Positions 59,219-64,000 of a DNA stretch of 64,000 nt are shown in pieces. The stretch comes from an uncultured Candidatus Saccharibacteria bacterium (lineage in GTDB: Bacteria > Patescibacteriota > Saccharimonadia > UBA4664 > CAZJNH01), in the NCBI GenBank assembly GCA_964547425.1, contig CAZJNH010000004.1, positions 7,226 to 71,225 of the forward strand, given 5' to 3'. The notes beneath the pieces are model-generated. The model made no database searches, had not been told where the DNA came from, and worked only from the letters and a program-made list of their open reading frames with translations. The translations under genes and the position numbers were made by a program. How positions within the stretch are numbered: position 1 is the first letter of the stretch; every line of letters begins with the position of its first letter.

Positions 59219-61191
59219 GGCAATATCCTAGTGAGGTAAAAAGTTGTGGTTGGGTAGCTAACGGTTCCGATCGGTTTAGCGCAGGGCAGCGCAAGAGGGT
59301 GGATCGACAAGGCAAATTGAATGTTTGCCTTAACAAACGGGCTGCAGTCGAATTTTACGACGAAGGTGTCCTCGGTGTTAGCCCGGATCGGATCGGCCAT
59401 CGCGGCATCATCAACGAATATCGCATGGCCTTCCCGATTGTAAATGTTTTCGTACTTATTACCCAACTTGCTCCAAACCATCTTGTCGGGATAGACCTGA
59501 GTACCGCCGATTGAACGCCTTCCAGCCAACAATCCAAAATTCTCATACTCCATGGCGTCTGACCCAACCGTCACCCAGCTGTCCGACGGGCCCGACACAC
59601 TCTCCATCCGGCTTACCAACCGACTGTGCGTCAGCTCGCCAAGCCCCTTATATATAGGCAATACGCGGAAGCTGCTAACCGCCGTGAACAAAAACAGCAA
59701 CGCCGCCGCCAAAGTTAGCCGGCCAGCTACAAAAGCCCCAACTATTGCCGAAAACGCTCCGGCTAGCCCTATGATCACGTAGGGATTAGCCAGGAATTTT
59801 GGATAGTGGCCGATGATAAACCAGCCAACGGCAATCAGGATTAAAAAAGTAATCAGGCTAAAAATCGCGGCGGCTTTGTCGAGTTTTGGCTGAGATATCC
59901 CCGCCCTTCTGACTTTTTTAATGAAATACAGCATATGGAGCAGGCCTAAAAAGCCGATTCCGATTACCAGCCGCTTGTTAGGAACCTTTTGCAGAAATAG
60001 CAGTTTAAATAACCCGCTTCCGTAGGGCAGAAAAGCTCTCGCGAAAAACAGCAGGGCTAGCACCTGGAGGCTGGTAAAAATCCAATCCGGCCTGCGCTTT
60101 TTCTTCCATTCATAAAGTTGGAGCATCAGACCGGGAACAATTAGAAACGGCAGCAACAGGATAAAGTTCGAAGCCTCGCTGGGGTTGCGGAAGAAATAGT
60201 GGCTGCGGTATATGCCTTGCTCTATCGGCATCACGAAAGAATCGAAGATATTTAAGGCCTTGAGATCGCCGCTTTCTGCCACCCTGTGTCCGGGATAAAC
60301 CGAGTTGTTAACGGCCGCAATCGCTTTATTGTGGGTGAGCAAAAACAGTACCAGTACCGCTCCAGCAGCGATAACGGAAGCTAGTATCCAGATAGATCTT
60401 TTTAGAAGGGTGCTCCACTCGATCTTTTCACCGTAGCGGCTATGCAATAAATAACCCACGCCGAAGAAAAGTAAGACGACGGCGACAGGAATCTGAAACG
60501 GCGGATATAGGATTAAACCGAAACAGGCGGCGATAAATCCGAGAGCGGCCGCTTGTACCATTCGGCTTTTTGGTAGATTTTTGATTAGCCTAATTGGCTC
60601 GTTGCCAATAATCCGCATTGCCAGAATTGCCATCATGAAACTGTAGGCGGCCGATAAAAACGCCGTGCTTTGGTACCACCACAATTCGAATGGAGATGCC
60701 CCAACCGCCAAGCTAAACAGGATCGCGAAGAGTTTTTTGCCGGGCATTAAGCGCAGCACAAAAAAGTAACAGCTCACTATGAGTAAATACATCAGCAGCC
60801 ACCACCTAAAAGCAAAGGCGGACTCCAGTGGTAATACAAAAAAGCTCCAGTTTTGGGGCTTAAAGATCGTTGACCAATCCTTGGTGGGAACCTCAGCCTG
60901 TAAGCTCAAATCCTGGCCGTCCCCCATATGGGAATTTATCCTCGGAAAGCCTTGCCTGGATTGAGCGACCGTTAACTGGGTGACAACCAACCATTCATCG
61001 GAGCGGATCGTTCTCGCCTTGCCAAAGATAAGGCTTGGGTCTTTGGCGGGTCCGTTTAGGCTCGCCCGATACACTCCGGCCGACGTCCCGCTAACACGCA
61101 GAGCGGCCAGGATAACTACTACGGCAAACAATGCGACGGGAAAGGTCCACACTGACTTTCGCGCCCATCTGCCCAGTTTCTTTATTTGCAT
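59215..61191 (-). CDS. large polytopic membrane protein (YfhO/GT-C-like, function unknown)
   Basis: 658 aa with at least 12 TM helices. It is co-oriented with, and overlaps, the methyltransferase gene. Confidence 0.35.
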   Translation of the reverse strand: MQIKKLGRWARKSVWTFPVALFAVVVILAALRVSGTSAGVYRASLNGPAKDPSLIFGKARTIRSDEWLVVTQLTVAQSRQGFPRINSHMGDGQDLSLQAEVPTKDWSTIFKPQNWSFFVLPLESAFAFRWWLLMYLLIVSCYFFVLRLMPGKKLFAILFSLAVGASPFELWWYQSTAFLSAAYSFMMAILAMRIIGNEPIRLIKNLPKSRMVQAAALGFIAACFGLILYPPFQIPVAVVLLFFGVGYLLHSRYGEKIEWSTLLKRSIWILASVIAAGAVLVLFLLTHNKAIAAVNNSVYPGHRVAESGDLKALNIFDSFVMPIEQGIYRSHYFFRNPSEASNFILLLPFLIVPGLMLQLYEWKKKRRPDWIFTSLQVLALLFFARAFLPYGSGLFKLLFLQKVPNKRLVIGIGFLGLLHMLYFIKKVRRAGISQPKLDKAAAIFSLITFLILIAVGWFIIGHYPKFLANPYVIIGLAGAFSAIVGAFVAGRLTLAAALLFLFTAVSSFRVLPIYKGLGELTHSRLVSRMESVSGPSDSWVTVGSDAMEYENFGLLAGRRSIGGTQVYPDKMVWSKLGNKYENIYNREGHAIFVDDAAMADPIRANTEDTFVVKFDCSPFVKANIQFALSIHPLALPCAKPIGTVSYPTTTFYLTRILP

Positions 61192-61218
61192 ATCGCTAGA
61201 TTATACTTGGTTGGTGAG

Positions 61219-61951
61219 CTATAACCCACCACGGTATTTGTTTAGGCGGTACGCGCTTTTGCGGCGAGTTAAGCCCGGTGATTCTTTTCTGGAAATCGGC
61301 CCCGGCAACTTTAAACTCAGCCGGGAACTGCTGAAGAAATTCAAGAACGGCGTGGCGATCGATTTCGAGGACAAGGTAAAGAATTATTACGATGTGTTGG
61401 CGCCGGAAGACAAACAAAGAATGGAGCTAGTGATCGGTGACTTCACGAAGCATAAATTCAAACAGAAATTTGACTGCGTCGTAGCTTGCGAGGTCATGGA
61501 ACATATCGATGATGACAAGAAGTTCTTAACTGAAATTGCCAAGCTCCTAAAACCAGGGGGGCAAATACTTATTTCGGTACCGGCGCGGCAAAAATTCTGG
61601 ACGGTACACGACGAAGTTGTCGGCCACGTCCGCCGCTATGAAAAAGCGGCGACAGCCAAATTATTTGAGGCTGCCGGATACAAAAACGTACGCGTTTACT
61701 CCTATGGCTTCCCGTTTGTGAATTTTTTCTGGTTCTTGCGGTCCTTCCACGGCAGAATTCAAAAACGGCAAAAGGCCGGCTGGTCGAAGGAGAAGCAAAC
61801 CAAGGAAAGCGGTGTCGGCCAGCTGCCCAAGTTTCTGGATGTATTTGGAGTTGTGGTCAACAAATACACCTTCTACCTGCCAAACATATTGTCTTCCGTA
61901 TTCGACAACTACGATCTATCAGAGGGCTATATTATCGACGCGGAGCGCTAG
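61219..61951 (+). CDS. class I SAM-dependent methyltransferase
   Basis: Motif I FLEIGPGNF, and post-I region VACEVMEHIDD…LLKPGG. The start was moved to the GTG at 61219 to avoid overlap with the convergent membrane gene. Confidence 0.65.
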
Positions 61952-63116
61952 CTTTCACTGCCGTTTGATAAACCTCGACGATAGCTTGATTTCGCCGCTC
62001 GATCGAGAATTGATGGCCACTTTTGAACTTATTTTTGCCGGCGAACGCCATTTTGGCTAACTCTGCGCGGTTGGCAACGCAATAAGTCAGGGTCTTAGCC
62101 AGTTCGGCGTACAACACTTTATTGAAGTTCGGCTTGGTCACCGAATCCATATCAGCCTTTGAAGGAATGACCACTTTTGATAGTAATGAGCTTGGTACAC
62201 GCATCAGTAATCCATCAACCTTGTCGTCCACCAGCTCAGGGATAGCAAACTGGTCGGTCGCAACTACGGGGGTTCCGCAGGAGAGGGAGTCTAAAATGGC
62301 CATGCCGAAGGTGTCTTCTTTGGTCGGCAGGATATAAAGGTCAGCGGGGATAAAAAACTGTTCCGCAATTTCTTTAGTAGAGAAGTTCGGTTCCAACAAT
62401 CTAGCATTCGGCAGTGCGTACTTGTCTACTACCTCCTTGGCATCGGCGGATATTACCGTTAGATCGATAGCGCCACCACCTTGCTGGTTCAAGGTTTGTA
62501 CAGCTTTGAGTAGTTCCTCGAGCCCCTTCAAGTAACATTGGTTGCCGACAAACAGCACCTGTAGCTTGTCGCTGGAGTTTTTGAGGTAAACGTATTTAGC
62601 TTTGTAGCCGTAAGCTTCGGCCGGTTTGAGCGCTGGATAAACGACGTGGATTTTGCCTTTAATCGATTGGTATTCGCCATCATCAAAATACTCTTCTAGG
62701 GTCTTTTTGGCCGCATTACTTAAACAGAATATCGCTTTGCAGTTGGGGTTTTGTAAAAACCGCAGGATTTCCGGCTTTTTGCCCGGATCAGGGACAAAGT
62801 TGCTTAAGCCGGCTACGTGTTCGACATCAACAACGTAAGGTAAGTTCGGCGGATCGCGGTCGATGATGTTGATGTAGTGATAGAGATCGGCCTTGTCGCC
62901 AGAAGCTTTGCGGACAAAAAACAGCTTTTCGGCCAGTCTGATCAGCGACTTTCCTAGCGGAAGTTCCCTAAAGTGGCGGTGCAAGAAAACGAAACGGCTG
63001 ACCAGCTTGCTGGGTTTGGGCAGCAAGTACTCGACTCCGGCCGGCGGATCGTCAACCAGTGACCGGTGAATGCGATGAAGCGATTTGTAATTTCGGTAAA
63101 CTAATCTGACCTTCAT
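61932..63116 (-). CDS. glycosyltransferase family 4
   Basis: The C-terminal motif EDTFGMAILDSLSCGTPVVATD…GLLM is the GT4 EX7E region. Confidence 0.8.
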   Translation of the reverse strand: MKVRLVYRNYKSLHRIHRSLVDDPPAGVEYLLPKPSKLVSRFVFLHRHFRELPLGKSLIRLAEKLFFVRKASGDKADLYHYINIIDRDPPNLPYVVDVEHVAGLSNFVPDPGKKPEILRFLQNPNCKAIFCLSNAAKKTLEEYFDDGEYQSIKGKIHVVYPALKPAEAYGYKAKYVYLKNSSDKLQVLFVGNQCYLKGLEELLKAVQTLNQQGGGAIDLTVISADAKEVVDKYALPNARLLEPNFSTKEIAEQFFIPADLYILPTKEDTFGMAILDSLSCGTPVVATDQFAIPELVDDKVDGLLMRVPSSLLSKVVIPSKADMDSVTKPNFNKVLYAELAKTLTYCVANRAELAKMAFAGKNKFKSGHQFSIERRNQAIVEVYQTAVKASAPRR

Positions 63117-63961
63117 TTAACCTTCTCGATGAGTTTTTGCAGTTGGCTGGCAATTCGGTCGGTAGAGAAACGGTCCTGGTAAAGTTGGCGGCCTCTTTCC
63201 CTTATTTTAAACAGTTCTGCCCGGTGCTGAGCAGCCCATTCAACGGTTTTGGCTAGAGCCTCCGAAGATCCTTGTTCGACAAGCAACACATTGCGGCGGT
63301 CACGAAAACCGACCTCTTCATCGATTTTACCCACGACGGTTGGTTTGGCCATAGCCAAAAACTGGTAGGTTTTGCCGGAAATAACCAGGCGTGACTGCGG
63401 AGTGTTCCCAAACGGCCCGCCCAGGCACAAATCAGCATCCGCGATCATTTTAGGCAGCTCGTCGTACGGTACCCACCCTACTAATTCTACGTTTTCCAGG
63501 TTTTTGTTGATGACGGCAGACCTTAACTTCTCGTATCGCGCGGGCTGGTTTGATCCGCCGACGATCGTGAATTTTATTTCTGGTTTGGAGCGGAGCAGTT
63601 CGGCGGCGCCGAGAATTATTTCCACGCCGTGAAGCGGTAAAAGCGTCCCATAGAAAAAGACCTTAAACTGCTTGGTCTTCTTTGATTTTGCCGCCGGCCC
63701 AAACAATGATTCATCGGCGCCGACGTACACCGTTTCGTATTTACTCACGCGGAGCCCGTAGGACTTGGCTGAGCTTTGAGAGTGCAGTTTGGTATCGCTC
63801 AATATCTTTTGAGAGCGGGCCATAAAAAAAGCCAAATAGCTTCGAAGTAGTTTGCTCAAGAGCGAGTCAGGCTTTAGTATTTGATGCTCATTTACCAGCC
63901 AATTATCCAGATTGATAAATTCGTCGAAAATCAAAGGCTTGCCAGCGGTCAAAATCCGCAC
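63113..63961 (-). CDS. glycosyltransferase family 4-like (C-terminal domain; 5' end may be misassigned)
   Basis: FFYGTLLPLHGVEIILGAAELL… resembles the GT4 donor-binding domain. The gene is short and may start upstream of the called Met. Confidence 0.55.
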   Translation of the reverse strand: MRILTAGKPLIFDEFINLDNWLVNEHQILKPDSLLSKLLRSYLAFFMARSQKILSDTKLHSQSSAKSYGLRVSKYETVYVGADESLFGPAAKSKKTKQFKVFFYGTLLPLHGVEIILGAAELLRSKPEIKFTIVGGSNQPARYEKLRSAVINKNLENVELVGWVPYDELPKMIADADLCLGGPFGNTPQSRLVISGKTYQFLAMAKPTVVGKIDEEVGFRDRRNVLLVEQGSSEALAKTVEWAAQHRAELFKIRERGRQLYQDRFSTDRIASQLQKLIEKVK

Positions 63962-64000
63962 AAGACCGAGGATCTCGTGGCCGCGAAAACCAAGAATATA

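Noticed and set aside
63113-64000. The last GT4-like gene looks N-terminally short
   Set aside because: The ORF finder started at the first Met; the true start may be further upstream or beyond the window edge. I report it with reduced confidence rather than calling it a pseudogene.

Overview
This 64-kb window reads like a Gram-positive-type or candidate-phyla (Saccharibacteria-like) chromosome segment. That placement is my inference from gene content, CIRCE/hrcA control and TGGTATAAT-type promoters, not from any database hit. GC is about 50% by eye, with a few clearly GC-richer or AT-richer patches.

Contents in order:
- A type IV pilus locus: two pilA paralogs flank a GT-C (PMT/ArnT-like) glycosyltransferase, followed by two minor pilins, a 900-aa PilX_N-type protein with seven C-terminal Cys-containing tandem repeats, and pilM, pilN, pilO.
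- yebC-ruvC-(kinase-like)-ruvA-ruvB.
- A two-component pair, tRNA-Lys, and a class II aaRS-like paralog.
- hrcA-grpE-dnaK-dnaJ with a perfect CIRCE.
- lepA-murJ-ftsH-tilS.
- A noncoding/tRNA-rich locus: three CAT-anticodon tRNAs (fMet, Met, Ile2) and a roughly 590-nt ORF-free transcript candidate ending in a strong terminator.
- Stress, redox, ABC, ZIP and MsrA genes.
- An accessory patch with secreted Cys-rich proteins, a low-GC multi-winged-helix protein, a tRNA-Asn(GUU) split by a 229-nt group I intron (P, Q, R, S core elements visible), a free-standing HNH endonuclease, and a direct repeat of the tRNA 3' end.
- lexA with an upstream palindrome.
- A roughly 14-kb surface-glycan cluster: GC-rich rmlC-rmlD, rmlB, a nucleotide-sugar dehydrogenase, rmlA frameshifted in a T5 run, GT4s, methyltransferases, an epimerase and large polytopic membrane proteins.

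A palindromic element occurs twice: once as a bare hairpin of about 130 bp, and once carrying a four-helix-bundle gene.

I regard the intron-containing tRNA-Asn/HNH locus and the pilus tip-protein/pilin-glycosylation module as the strongest candidates for new biology.
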